Below are positions 20,001 through 29,681 of a stretch of 64,000 nt of DNA, one piece after another. This stretch comes from Candidatus Aenigmatarchaeota archaeon (GTDB taxonomy: Archaea; Aenigmatarchaeota; Aenigmatarchaeia; QMZP01), in assembly GCA_043824495.1 (NCBI GenBank), contig JBDRSV010000015.1:1-64000 (forward strand). The letters run 5' to 3'. The translations under genes were made by a program, and so were the position numbers. Position 1 is the first letter of the stretch; each line of letters starts with the position of its first letter. Under the pieces are notes generated by a model. That model saw nothing but the letters and a program-made list of their open reading frames with translations. It did not search any database and was not told the DNA's origin.

Positions 20001-23000
20001 ATTGTCCTGGTGTTGTTTCAGTGTTAGTAACTCCAGCACCCCCACCACGACAATATGTTCTAGTGTCATCTGGGTTGGTTGTTTGAGCAGGCGAATATTG
20101 TATTGTCTTGACAGAGTCGTCCATTCTCTCGTTTTCTTGTCCCTTTCCATCAGAGTTTCTGTCACAATATATTTCAAATCTATGATAAAGATTGTCTGGG
20201 TCTCCCCATAATTCCAGAAGTTCAACTCCATTAATTCTTCCACCTAAATATGGCGAATCTACTTGTCTATCCATAACTATCATTGGATTTTCACAGTTCA
20301 CAGGATTAGCTACGTATGCATTCAATCTGGTTCGCTTACAATCTAAATTTACATCTGCATTCACTTTTGTTTCCCTGCCCTCTACAACTATAACTGTGTT
20401 GTATTGGCGTGTTGTCCTTCCATTGTAATCATAACAAATGTTTCTATTAGCTCCGCATTCAACTATTAGATTTGCTCTGCCATTGCTTCCAATATCAATT
20501 TCTTCTAAGTTGTGTATGATCAATTCATTTGTGCTTTGGAAACTCTTTCCTAACTTGTTTAGATCTCCCTGTATTTGAGTTAATCCGGATTCCATGTTGT
20601 TCAAGTAATTCATGCAACTTTGGATCTGGTTGAAACAATTAATTTCCTGTCCTCTACATCTATCTGAATCTATATCATGTTGGTAAGTTTCCATGCATGT
20701 GTTCATTTGGATTTCCTGTATTTCCATTTCTTTCTGTTCAAATGCTACTTTTGTTAGTGTTGTAAGAGCATCACATATACTGTCAACAATGCCTTGAACT
20801 ATTCCACCAATTAGAGCTCCATCTTTAGCTCCTTGAACCATACTTATGCTATCAGTACTGCTTGCAGCGCCTCCAATACCTCCAATTACTATAGCTCCTA
20901 GAGTTGCAATTGCAGTGTAAATTTTAGCGTCTATACAAGCCTTTGTGTAATCAACAGAGTCTTCTAGTATTCCTTTAAGATCATCGAATTTAGTTGTTAG
21001 TTTGTTTCTAGAATCTTCCATGATGTCAAACATTGTTCTAAATCCTTGTGTAATTGTGACTGTAGGTAAATCCATTGAGAGTTCTTGAAGGTTTCTTCCA
21101 CTGAAACCATCACTATAACTTACTAAGAATGTCAAAGAGTTTGGTTCGTATCTGTATGTCGTATCTTGACTGCAATCATATATTCTATCAATCGTTACCA
21201 CACATCTGTATGTGAAGTTTGTTGATAATCCGACTGCTTGTTCTTGAAGACAAGAAACATATCTAGCATTAGTTCCATTAAAAACTGCATAATAATTTTC
21301 TACTCTAAATCCTGTTGGTGGGTTTTGTATTGTTGCTTTTATTTCAACTTCATTATTTGTTTCACAATTATCAAAGCTGCTTACAACACTATTTATTGAA
21401 AGACTGACATCTCTTTCATCTTTACATACACCACCTAGGTCGTCTCCACCATCATAATCACAATAAAAACTATCTTGACAACCACAATCTATACAACATT
21501 CAGCTGCAGTTTCTCCAAGATCGGATTCACAAACATCATTTCCGCATATTGATATTGGGGTTATTCTAAGATCGCTAAATGTTGCGCTCAAATCTTTTGT
21601 TATGAAACTTGAACCATTTGGGAATCTAATTGAAACATCAAGTTTGTTGCCTGTTATTATTTTGTGTGGTAATGAGCATTCAGATATAATAGGTATGTTT
21701 ATATCACAAGAGAAAGCACCACTAGCTGAATTTGGAGAATTACAATTTGTATTCCAAGCTGTGGATTCATCAGATGAATATAAGAAATATGTCATCTGTG
21801 CATCATTAGGTAGATTGTTTATTTTTGCATTTACTGTTGTTTTATGGAAAAGATTACAGTCTGTGAAATCAGTATCAGTTACACCTGTTATTTCAAGAGT
21901 TATATCATTTGTTAGTTGACAACCTTTCTCAAGTGTACAAAACTCTCCCGCAAATTCACATCCACGATCAACACAACAATTCTCATATGTTTCTCCTGGG
22001 TTAGTTACTCCATCACCGCAAGTAAATGAAGGAACTATGATGTCAACGAAACTTCCTACTAGAGTCTTGTCTATAGTTGTTGTTCCGTCATTGAATGTGA
22101 CTGTAAATTCTACTGTATTGCCGGTTACCACGTATCTCTTCTCGTGATCATAGCCTGATAAAGATAAATCAAAAGTGCATACATAAGGACCTGTTCCTGT
22201 ACATGACATAGGACCTGAAGGTCCTGGTATTGTAACACCATCAGCTGATATTGTTCCTAAGGTGAATGTGGAAGATTGAATCTGCATTCCGTAAGGTGGA
22301 TTGTTTATAGGAATTGTAAGTGTTATAGGTTCTTTTCCATCACCATCAAGATCAAAATTCTCTATGTATGGTGTCTGAAGAGTTGGTCTGCCTAGAGTAA
22401 CTAATATTTGTTTACATTCTTTTACAGATGTGTCACAGTACTGTCCTGTTCCACATGAACATTCATAATTGAGTGATATGTCACTGAAGCTGCTAGTGAA
22501 GCCTTTGCTTAGTTGATTTGGTCCGTCCATGTAAGTTAAAGTGAATTCAATTTTGTTTCCTGTTAATGTGAATTGACCTTGTCCGCATGTTGTTGTTGGG
22601 ACTACGCTGACAGGACATGTGTAGAAACCAGAGTTTCCGGCACAAGTAACAAACTTCTTCTCTCCATCAATTGTTATAACTGAACTAATAGTGCTTGGTA
22701 ATTCAGAAGGAGGGTTAGTTACCCTGAAATTAACATCAAAATCAATTGTATTTCCACATACATCTACTTGAGGAACAACCACAGGAATGAATTCAATAGC
22801 TACATTAGTCAATCCTTTACAAACACCCGTTGATGGATCAGATCCAGAAGATACATCACAATATTCTTCTGCACCTGGACATCCTGCATCAAAACAACAG
22901 TTGGCTGAAGTCTCTCCTAACAGAGTTTCCTGTACACCGTTTCCACAAGTGAATGATGGATTTTTGTTAAGTGTTATAGGTGAGATTAAATCATTTCCAG

Positions 23001-23754
23001 ACCTTGGGAATACGAATGTAAATTCATCCCCTATTGCGTCTATTGTGTTTCCTGGTATATCTGCAGGTTGGAAAACTAGAGGAGGACTATCAAGAGCTTC
23101 CCGAGATCCACCAGTTACGTATAGATTGGATGCGGACTTGAAAACAACTTTAGATGCCCATGTGAATGGTATCATATGGAAATTATCAATGAATGTTTTT
23201 ACAGGTTGAACAAGATCAAGAGAATCTACATGAAATTCCATTACTCCTAAATCTTGTGAGACAGCTGAACTGAATTGATTATAATTAGTTCTTTGTAGTG
23301 TGTCCACCGAACCAACCCATATTATATTACCATCGGAGTCTTCTGTTTTAACCAGCGTAAGTAGATTAGCTGTTTCAGGCCATGGGTTTCCAGTTGATTC
23401 TGCAACGAATGACCATGAAAGTTCTGTATCAACGAATGTTTCAAAATCTATTGGTGTTGTTTTAAGACAATCTTGTGGTGATAAACTCTTACATTTGTAG
23501 ATGTACACTTTTTTGATGCTGTGAAGTAAGCTAGATCTACTGATTCTTATTTGAGCTTTCACATCAGTCCAAGTTGTGTCTGCGGGACTGTGTGAAATTG
23601 TAACTTGCTTGTTTATTATATCATCAAAATCTAAGCTAACAGTTGATTTTATCTGACCAGAATGTATGATATTGATTGTTGTAGCATAAGCTATTGGAGT
23701 TGTTAACATTAAGCTTGACATGAATACTGCAATTAAGGTTAGTATATGTTTCAT
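17008..23754 (-). CDS. Giant secreted mosaic adhesin (~2250 aa): Cys-rich repeats, Ig-like/SbsA, CARDB, LNR-like and LRR modules
   Basis: Signal peptide from MKHILTL. Three CG(N/D)..GET..CC.D.GC repeats; 'CAPGCEPDWIGDDECDDECNNVACNFDGGDC'; C-terminal LxxLxLxxN repeats. Confidence 0.85.
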   Translation of the reverse strand: MKHILTLIAVFMSSLMLTTPIAYATTINIIHSGQIKSTVSLDFDDIINKQVTISHSPADTTWTDVKAQIRISRSSLLHSIKKVYIYKCKSLSPQDCLKTTPIDFETFVDTELSWSFVAESTGNPWPETANLLTLVKTEDSDGNIIWVGSVDTLQRTNYNQFSSAVSQDLGVMEFHVDSLDLVQPVKTFIDNFHMIPFTWASKVVFKSASNLYVTGGSREALDSPPLVFQPADIPGNTIDAIGDEFTFVFPRSGNDLISPITLNKNPSFTCGNGVQETLLGETSANCCFDAGCPGAEEYCDVSSGSDPSTGVCKGLTNVAIEFIPVVVPQVDVCGNTIDFDVNFRVTNPPSELPSTISSVITIDGEKKFVTCAGNSGFYTCPVSVVPTTTCGQGQFTLTGNKIEFTLTYMDGPNQLSKGFTSSFSDISLNYECSCGTGQYCDTSVKECKQILVTLGRPTLQTPYIENFDLDGDGKEPITLTIPINNPPYGMQIQSSTFTLGTISADGVTIPGPSGPMSCTGTGPYVCTFDLSLSGYDHEKRYVVTGNTVEFTVTFNDGTTTIDKTLVGSFVDIIVPSFTCGDGVTNPGETYENCCVDRGCEFAGEFCTLEKGCQLTNDITLEITGVTDTDFTDCNLFHKTTVNAKINNLPNDAQMTYFLYSSDESTAWNTNCNSPNSASGAFSCDINIPIISECSLPHKIITGNKLDVSIRFPNGSSFITKDLSATFSDLRITPISICGNDVCESDLGETAAECCIDCGCQDSFYCDYDGGDDLGGVCKDERDVSLSINSVVSSFDNCETNNEVEIKATIQNPPTGFRVENYYAVFNGTNARYVSCLQEQAVGLSTNFTYRCVVTIDRIYDCSQDTTYRYEPNSLTFLVSYSDGFSGRNLQELSMDLPTVTITQGFRTMFDIMEDSRNKLTTKFDDLKGILEDSVDYTKACIDAKIYTAIATLGAIVIGGIGGAASSTDSISMVQGAKDGALIGGIVQGIVDSICDALTTLTKVAFEQKEMEIQEIQMNTCMETYQHDIDSDRCRGQEINCFNQIQSCMNYLNNMESGLTQIQGDLNKLGKSFQSTNELIIHNLEEIDIGSNGRANLIVECGANRNICYDYNGRTTRQYNTVIVVEGRETKVNADVNLDCKRTRLNAYVANPVNCENPMIVMDRQVDSPYLGGRINGVELLELWGDPDNLYHRFEIYCDRNSDGKGQENERMDDSVKTIQYSPAQTTNPDDTRTYCRGGGAGVTNTETTPGQSTEVRIINVEPLGNNEVRATVKTHVAASECKIIWYEADWWPDPKDDIDLSSTKTLEYEYTDQQMEKIKRNGGKQEVKLYCKVHGEKIWAESVEVTVVEGDLAQSSQDEGTGETPRVVSTSPEKNERDVSLDEKDILIEFNVPMDTSTENRVTISPSVSVTRDWRSEDTLLILSLDSGEEFEQGTEYTVRVDNDIKSVGGKKMDFSYTFTFITEGTSQTSNTQSGTCPAENCIDTRDGWGAEDCFIYGGFKDENDENLGCRNDNEYFVCCAEHRNDCEIAHLGDYSSTSDKWFCRSSSSCDPANTENNKCPGDTVCCKEGTGSTQQPSGQNEPPTVSITSPSDGDDVSGTENIEFTISDDDITSVQYLIFIDSRRINGGTDSESSMSKTWDTTQDANGDHQIIIKVNDGVNPVVETSVTVTVNNPTGSGQECAPGCEPDWIGDDECDDECNNVACNFDGGDCESQNQGGTSDSCELTSASITPNCGSDGCSQGETVTLRGTITGDSSNVDNFQIDGYGSTCEISYTGGEYTGNVVDGMNCDVNPSATDTEVSCTWTVPEINMPELAGCAGETIQPIAAALRVGGPPGSQSTIPPKGLTTNVQGSFTFADSSSSSGGAEKPDLEFERAHISSPSTTTITVGTPVILSFAFNNVGKSNIPANTFDCFKHEIPILDIFNGASCGGGNTEMVPGSGIFHSVYITPPKTGTYKVIVTIDPENKLDELREDNNVGEYTFEVVDTTELCGQTLSTSEYSALQSYMRTSGLSEDVFCYYVENKNSCSSCGSSDWGTNCIKEECRAIGAFLDKNCIFKDESIIPGGTCFEDTITTLCDQEILAFERKAVSDFVASFTTAPLEDFICEKPDGISNIDTSPDGYVNELSAFCSNRNTDTSYLSKLAKPTRIHLEWCTVDVSDFKKLDTLKTLTLQLGWFDDPDPLSNLENLVTLDISYNLIKDPTILASLKNLDSLDISYNCIPNDFDYSIFSYVQNLNKDGNPLESRC

Positions 23755-23755
23755 A

Positions 23756-25594
23756 TTATACTCCAACATTTGCTACGCAGCCCTCTGTTTGTATGAACTT
23801 TGAATTTCTTACAGGGCCTATTCCACATTGTCTCAATATACTAGACATTATGAATGCAGAAAGTGCTTTACCTTCTTCGTCCAATGAATCTATACCCACC
23901 ATAATAGGAATATAGATGTAAAGATTCTTATCACTTGCTGTAAGTGTGTACTCATCTCCAAATCCTCCAAGCATTCTTGTTGAATCACTTTCTGTTAATA
24001 CACCTGCGACTAGGTAATTATCTTCAACCAAATGTGAAACAGTTGCGGATGGACCAGTCGCTACAATAGGACTATAAGTTCTTGATGTTGTTCTTGGTGA
24101 GAAATCCAATCTTAGATCACCATCTATTTCTTCTATTCCACCATTTGGAATTGCATATTGTCCTCCAGTCCAGTTTTGGACGACAACTTGATAGAATTTC
24201 ATGTTTATTACTGGAACAGCATTCATCTCTACTGTTCCTACAAGTTCATTTTCTTGATTTTCATTGCTCGTAGATTTCATTTCTTCGTGTGATGCGTATC
24301 CATTACTATCAAATCTTAGAACACCAACACCACATGGTGCTTGTCCTTGTATCAAACCACTAGAATCTGTTTGGCCTAGAACACAGCCCATAAAGCTTAC
24401 GTGAGCTCCTGTGAGTGGTTCTCCTAAGCTGTTTCGAGCATTCATGTTGATTGAACATTGAGCATTTGCACATGTTCTTTCTTGGTCACCGAAATCAAAT
24501 CCAGTATCATATGATACTGGTCTGTTGTCCTTTATGTATGCTTGAGTTACAAACTGGAACGTGTTTCCTGTTAGATCATCTTTTGCTCTGACTATTATAG
24601 GATATGTTAAGAAATATTTGACAATAATAGGATCTGATACACAAACAGTTGTCAAAGGAATTGGTTTTGCAACAGATATTATTGGATTTGGTTCAATTTG
24701 TAATGTTGATGGGTTTAATTCAAAGTCATCTGGTGTATGGAATGTGACATCCAAATCTGAATAATCATTATTGTCTAAAGGAGGTAGTGAGTATTTAGGA
24801 CCGGAAGAAGTTCTTAGAGTATTTATTGGGTATTCTCCAGGTAGATATGTACGAGCAAGAGTTGCTTCTATTGCTGCCTCTACTTCTGGTTTTATGTCAT
24901 ACCAACTTTTGTATACACTTTCTCCACACTCAGTTAGTTGTATAAGTATTGGTATTGTTCTTGTATTTTCTTCAAAAGGTGAAAGCATCATTGTTGATAA
25001 AGTGAATGTTTCTATGGGTGCGTTTGATCCTTGTTCTGTTAAGAAACTCTTTGAGAATGCAGAAATCTTTCCTAATCTAGTTGGAATCTCTACAACATAT
25101 GGTTGTTGTATTGGATGTGGTTTTTCATCAAACCAAAAAGTGGTAGGCATTGTCACTGTAACTATTGCTTTATCATTTTGTAGATTCACAGAAACAAGAG
25201 CATCATCTATTGTTACACTTTTGCCTTCTATTATGTATTTTTTGTTCTGGTTTAGATATTCTGTTATACCATCAACTAGATTTCTTTTGATATCAGGAAT
25301 TTCTGTTTCATCACCTGTATGCCAATAAGGAACTGGCTTTCCATTTAGATTAACAGAACCTAGAGGGAAATTAGGATTGACATAACCACCAAAGCTGGTT
25401 ACATTGTCTATACTCTTGAGAGTTGCTTCTGTGATAAAGTCTAACACAGAATTTTCTATAACTCTTTTCTGATTATCAATTCCTGTTATAGGTATGTCTG
25501 TTGGTAGCAATCCCTGAACAGCTAAAAATACAACTGCACCGACGACTACAACTAAACCAACAATAATAATTATTTCTGTTTGTCCAGACCTCAT
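23756..25594 (-). CDS. Large protein with a class III (pilin-like) signal peptide
   Basis: MRSG|QTEIIIIVGLVVVV. Confidence 0.75.
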   Translation of the reverse strand: MRSGQTEIIIIVGLVVVVGAVVFLAVQGLLPTDIPITGIDNQKRVIENSVLDFITEATLKSIDNVTSFGGYVNPNFPLGSVNLNGKPVPYWHTGDETEIPDIKRNLVDGITEYLNQNKKYIIEGKSVTIDDALVSVNLQNDKAIVTVTMPTTFWFDEKPHPIQQPYVVEIPTRLGKISAFSKSFLTEQGSNAPIETFTLSTMMLSPFEENTRTIPILIQLTECGESVYKSWYDIKPEVEAAIEATLARTYLPGEYPINTLRTSSGPKYSLPPLDNNDYSDLDVTFHTPDDFELNPSTLQIEPNPIISVAKPIPLTTVCVSDPIIVKYFLTYPIIVRAKDDLTGNTFQFVTQAYIKDNRPVSYDTGFDFGDQERTCANAQCSINMNARNSLGEPLTGAHVSFMGCVLGQTDSSGLIQGQAPCGVGVLRFDSNGYASHEEMKSTSNENQENELVGTVEMNAVPVINMKFYQVVVQNWTGGQYAIPNGGIEEIDGDLRLDFSPRTTSRTYSPIVATGPSATVSHLVEDNYLVAGVLTESDSTRMLGGFGDEYTLTASDKNLYIYIPIMVGIDSLDEEGKALSAFIMSSILRQCGIGPVRNSKFIQTEGCVANVGV

Positions 25595-25683
25595 GAAATT
25601 ACCCAGGAATTTAATCAAAACAGTGCAGCTAAGTAATAATTAATTGTATTTTATCTTTTATAAGCTCAAGGTGATCCAAAAAA

Positions 25684-26169
25684 TTATCTTTCTACAACAA
25701 TCAATCTGACATCAGTTGTGTAGAAACTCCCCCCGAGGGCTACTGATAAACGTTCGCTTATCACAGTCTTCTTTACTTTGAGAATTTCAATTCCCAAATC
25801 TCCTGCCTTGAATTCATTACCAGAAGTTTCTGCCACAATCATATGCGAGAGAGCTTTATTCGTAACACCACTGGAATTGCTGAGATAACTTTTTATGAAG
25901 CCTTCTACACGAACATCGCAACTCATACCACCGCATTGGTAATTAGAGTTTGTTGTAGCGCAAGTGAGGAGCTTCTTGATAGTTCCACAAGTCTGATATG
26001 GGGTGTCTCCAGTCTCTGTATTAACTATTGATAACAAGAGATTTGTTGTGTAGAGTTGTGTGTATTCTGAATCTCCTGGACTCTTTGTAAATGTAAGTAA
26101 GAATAGGAACATCATTCCAAATATCAAGATTATGATGAATAATATTACAACACTAGATTGTCCTCTCAT
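25684..26169 (-). CDS. Pilin-like protein
   Basis: MRG|QSSVVILFIIILIF. Confidence 0.75.
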   Translation of the reverse strand: MRGQSSVVILFIIILIFGMMFLFLLTFTKSPGDSEYTQLYTTNLLLSIVNTETGDTPYQTCGTIKKLLTCATTNSNYQCGGMSCDVRVEGFIKSYLSNSSGVTNKALSHMIVAETSGNEFKAGDLGIEILKVKKTVISERLSVALGGSFYTTDVRLIVVER

Positions 26170-26654
26170 GTGTAAACACCTGCCCTTATTGTTCCTAAAA
26201 ACGTGTCATACCTTTCTGGTTGCGAACTTACGTAAATATTAACAGGAACCTCATACGCTGTTACTTTCTTTGATCTATTCTTATCACATATATTCCATAT
26301 ATCACATGAATCCCAATTACTATATTCACATGGTACGGGGTTGCCGGTTTCTTTCCACTTTTCAACTACTACAAACCAATTTCTACCAAATAAAATGTTT
26401 AGCTCTTCACAAGTTGTTTGATTGGCTGCAGTTAATTTGCTTGCATCAAGAACATACTTATCCTGTGTGAAATGTGGACTTGATGAGAAATACTTGAGCA
26501 TGTTCAAAGCTCTGTCATTGATGATTGTTTGTTTATCACCACTTGATTGTAAGATTTGCCAACCAGTCAAAAACAATACTAAAACAATCACAGCTATGAC
26601 TATGAAAAGAACCAAGAATACCTGTTCCATTATAGCTGCTTGTCCTTTTCTCAT
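26166..26654 (-). CDS. Pilin-like protein
   Basis: MRKG|QAAIMEQVFLVLF. Confidence 0.78.
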   Translation of the reverse strand: MRKGQAAIMEQVFLVLFIVIAVIVLVLFLTGWQILQSSGDKQTIINDRALNMLKYFSSSPHFTQDKYVLDASKLTAANQTTCEELNILFGRNWFVVVEKWKETGNPVPCEYSNWDSCDIWNICDKNRSKKVTAYEVPVNIYVSSQPERYDTFLGTIRAGVYT

Positions 26655-27739
26655 GTGTAATCACATCCATCGAGATACATAGCCAAATGAATTTGTGCAG
26701 ATTGTTCAAGTTGGTTGCCCATTAATATTGGATCTTCTACTGTAGTGTCTTGTGATAGATCAGATAATATAGTAATCAGGTTATCGTAATGTGCTGTACA
26801 AGAAGGGCTTGGTGATCTTGTTTTTAGAAGATCATACCTAATCTTTCCCATCTTTGCTGCTAACTGAACATTTTCTTTGAACACATCTCTTTTGTAATGA
26901 TATAATTTCTCAGCTTCTCTCACACCGAATTCATCTTCAGTAGCTCCACCAAGAGAAAGCACAAAAACTTCTAGAGCGTCTCTATAATCAAAACCAGTTG
27001 AATTCCCTTCAATGTAAACTTTTTCTGTGGTTGGGTTTACACAAATACCTTGTGCTGGAGCAGATGTACAAGTTCCTATTCTGATAAGTCTGTTCATTTC
27101 ATTTTGTGGAACACTAGAACATTGAGCCATTCCAGGCCGTGGGTTACTAATCTTATTTACAAATCTTCCCCTATGGCATTGTAAATTACCTGTGGACCCA
27201 CAATCTTTTAGAGTTGTTTTTTGTCCGCCATTACAAAATCCAAACAATATCGGTGTTGTATCAAATGATAGAGAGTCTGGGAACATTTCAATTGTTTCTC
27301 TAGCTATTACAATTGCTTTGGGGTCAGTTGGATTTTCTATGGATACGTAAACATTCATTGCGGGAACTGCTCTTACAAAATAGAAGTCCCACCAACCATA
27401 CTCCATTTCAGTCCTCTCAATTACATGAGAATCTCCGGGGTATGTAAATAATGGAGTAAATACTACAAGATTTCCTGCATCATGTCTTAATGAAAGAGGA
27501 AGAGTAGTTGTATCTAAACTAAATCTAAATTCTAGATCTTCAAAGCCGTCAAAGTAATACGGATTTCCAGTTGTGTACACATCACTTACAGTTTGCAAAA
27601 ATGAAACCATTGTTTTAGCTTTTAGAGTGTTTGATTGTACTGTTGAATAACTTCCTGCATAATTTATCAAGAAGAAAAATATTATGCCAGCTGCTATTAA
27701 ACCAAATATGAGCTTGAAGACTTGAAGCACACTTAGCAT
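26651..27739 (-). CDS. Minor pilin-like protein
   Basis: N-terminal hydrophobic helix, Cys-rich ectodomain, overlapping start/stop with its neighbour. Confidence 0.65.
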   Translation of the reverse strand: MLSVLQVFKLIFGLIAAGIIFFFLINYAGSYSTVQSNTLKAKTMVSFLQTVSDVYTTGNPYYFDGFEDLEFRFSLDTTTLPLSLRHDAGNLVVFTPLFTYPGDSHVIERTEMEYGWWDFYFVRAVPAMNVYVSIENPTDPKAIVIARETIEMFPDSLSFDTTPILFGFCNGGQKTTLKDCGSTGNLQCHRGRFVNKISNPRPGMAQCSSVPQNEMNRLIRIGTCTSAPAQGICVNPTTEKVYIEGNSTGFDYRDALEVFVLSLGGATEDEFGVREAEKLYHYKRDVFKENVQLAAKMGKIRYDLLKTRSPSPSCTAHYDNLITILSDLSQDTTVEDPILMGNQLEQSAQIHLAMYLDGCDYT

Positions 27740-27769
27740 ATTTTATATTTGGTCAAGCATGTAAATTAA

Positions 27770-28261
27770 TTAAGTACTGTTAAGTACTGGCTCAATTGAA
27801 ACAGAAAACCCATCTACATTCTCTATATATAATTTTCTGCTCTTTGTGCAGAAGTTCATTCTTTGGCTTAGATCTGATATCATGTAACCGTCATAAGCAT
27901 TTGGACACTTCTTATACCAGATATTATATCTGTTTTGTGGATCTTCTATTAGAGCTCTGTGTACAGGATCTAAAGTTGCTGGATCCCATCCAGGTCCTGC
28001 AAATGCAGGATCGTCTAGAGCTATAGGATTAATAAAACAAAATTCCGAATCAGATGGAATTCTCAGTTGAAAGACATTACTTGAATCTTCGGCCTGTAAT
28101 ACAGTATCATCAACTAATATTTCTATATCTGTTATAGCTTTTATTATTTGTGCATTACTTCCCAAACAAGTAAGATTGGTTATTTGTCCTAACCCAACCA
28201 CAAGAAACAAAGCAATAACTATGACAGCGAATATCAACGCAAAAACCATGCTTGTATCCAT
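27770..28261 (-). CDS. Pilin-like protein lacking an obvious charged leader
   Basis: MDTSMVFALIFAVIVIA; in-frame stop two codons upstream. Confidence 0.65.
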   Translation of the reverse strand: MDTSMVFALIFAVIVIALFLVVGLGQITNLTCLGSNAQIIKAITDIEILVDDTVLQAEDSSNVFQLRIPSDSEFCFINPIALDDPAFAGPGWDPATLDPVHRALIEDPQNRYNIWYKKCPNAYDGYMISDLSQRMNFCTKSRKLYIENVDGFSVSIEPVLNST

Positions 28262-28328
28262 ATACTATACTATTATTCTCTATACAATATATAATTGCTC
28301 ATTGTTCTCAGAGAAAGCTAAAAATAGT

Positions 28329-28910
28329 TTAAACAATTTCTATTGCGAATGTGAGTGAACCGTATGTGGATGGCACATCGTCTATAACCAAAACTTTGAA
28401 AAGATATATTCCTGGTGGTGCATTTGTTGGAGGTTTGATAATTATTGGAACTGCTTTTCTTTCATCTGGTTGAAGGAACTCGTCATGAGAATATGTAAGC
28501 CATGTTGCAACAAATTCGGTATATGTCTGACCGGTGGCACCGAATGGGTCACTTGGGACAATGGGTGGAGTTTGTTGTGCTAGAGCTCCACCAAGTTGTG
28601 TTAAAGATATATCGACTGTAAAATCCTCACCCCACACTAAATTATCATTACGTATTATCAGAGAATATGATCCTGTTTGTCCTCTTCCCCAAGATGTGAC
28701 ATCAGGAGCTGCTAAACCAACGCTTACTGCGCCCGCTTCAATCTGCTTCATCACTTCTTGCTGAGCTTGTTCTGTAACTTTATGTGTGATGTCTGTTACT
28801 CTACCCATCAAATCAGTTATGAAACCAATTGATAAACTAAGAAGTATTACAGCAAAGACAACTATTACAACTAATCCAAGACTAAGTTGAAAAGCTCCTT
28901 TATTGTTCAT
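28329..28910 (-). CDS. Pilin-like protein
   Basis: MNNKG|AFQLSLGLVVIVVFAVILL. Confidence 0.75.
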   Translation of the reverse strand: MNNKGAFQLSLGLVVIVVFAVILLSLSIGFITDLMGRVTDITHKVTEQAQQEVMKQIEAGAVSVGLAAPDVTSWGRGQTGSYSLIIRNDNLVWGEDFTVDISLTQLGGALAQQTPPIVPSDPFGATGQTYTEFVATWLTYSHDEFLQPDERKAVPIIIKPPTNAPPGIYLFKVLVIDDVPSTYGSLTFAIEIV

Positions 28911-28997
28911 TGAATCACTACAATATAATAATTGTTTCAGCACTCTTATATACTTTAAAATTCCATTCGGTTGACTGTTTCAATGGAAAACAATTTA

Positions 28998-29561
28998 TTA
29001 ATTTAATTGTATTGCGAAGCTTGTTGTACTATATATGTGAGATCCTGCTCCTAGTGTGCAGTCTTCTGGTGCTTCAGGTGATGCTATTCCATCTGTTCTG
29101 CATACAACAATTCTAAATATATATGCTCCAGAATCTGATGATAAAGAAGGTTTAGTAATCATATTAACAGTTTTTATTTCATCTGCTTTTAATTGAAGTC
29201 TCTTATTAAATGTGAACCATCCGGATGTAGAAGTCTTGTATTTATCTATATCTTCTATTCCATTACCAACATTTTCTAGGAACACATTTACAAAGAAATC
29301 TTTATCGTTTCCCTTATCTGTGTTGTGAACTAATAGAGCAAATTCTCCAGAATCTCCATTATCCCATTTCAATACATTAGGCGTTACTAAACTAATATCT
29401 TTTAATCCTGCCATAACTTCTTGTTCAGCATTTTTTATAGATTCATCTGATACAGTGTGAGTTGCTGCTGAAACAGGGATGATGCCATCTAGTGGGACAA
29501 ATAACCAAATAGCTATTAGAACTATTATAACAATGACAACACCAATTATCTTAGTATTCAT
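28998..29561 (-). CDS. Membrane-anchored protein paralogous to the 28329 pilin-like ectodomain
   Basis: Shared 'W..G.SG.(Y/F).L...N' and 'G.Y.F...V' motifs. Confidence 0.7.
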   Translation of the reverse strand: MNTKIIGVVIVIIVLIAIWLFVPLDGIIPVSAATHTVSDESIKNAEQEVMAGLKDISLVTPNVLKWDNGDSGEFALLVHNTDKGNDKDFFVNVFLENVGNGIEDIDKYKTSTSGWFTFNKRLQLKADEIKTVNMITKPSLSSDSGAYIFRIVVCRTDGIASPEAPEDCTLGAGSHIYSTTSFAIQLN

Positions 29562-29681
29562 TTAATCACTATACTATATATTATACCTCCAGGATTATAA
29601 ATTTTCGCCTCTTTTTGATTTTCTCTGAAATAATTTCTGAAATACTTATATTCTTGTGGAAACAATAGTAAATTGGGTTGC

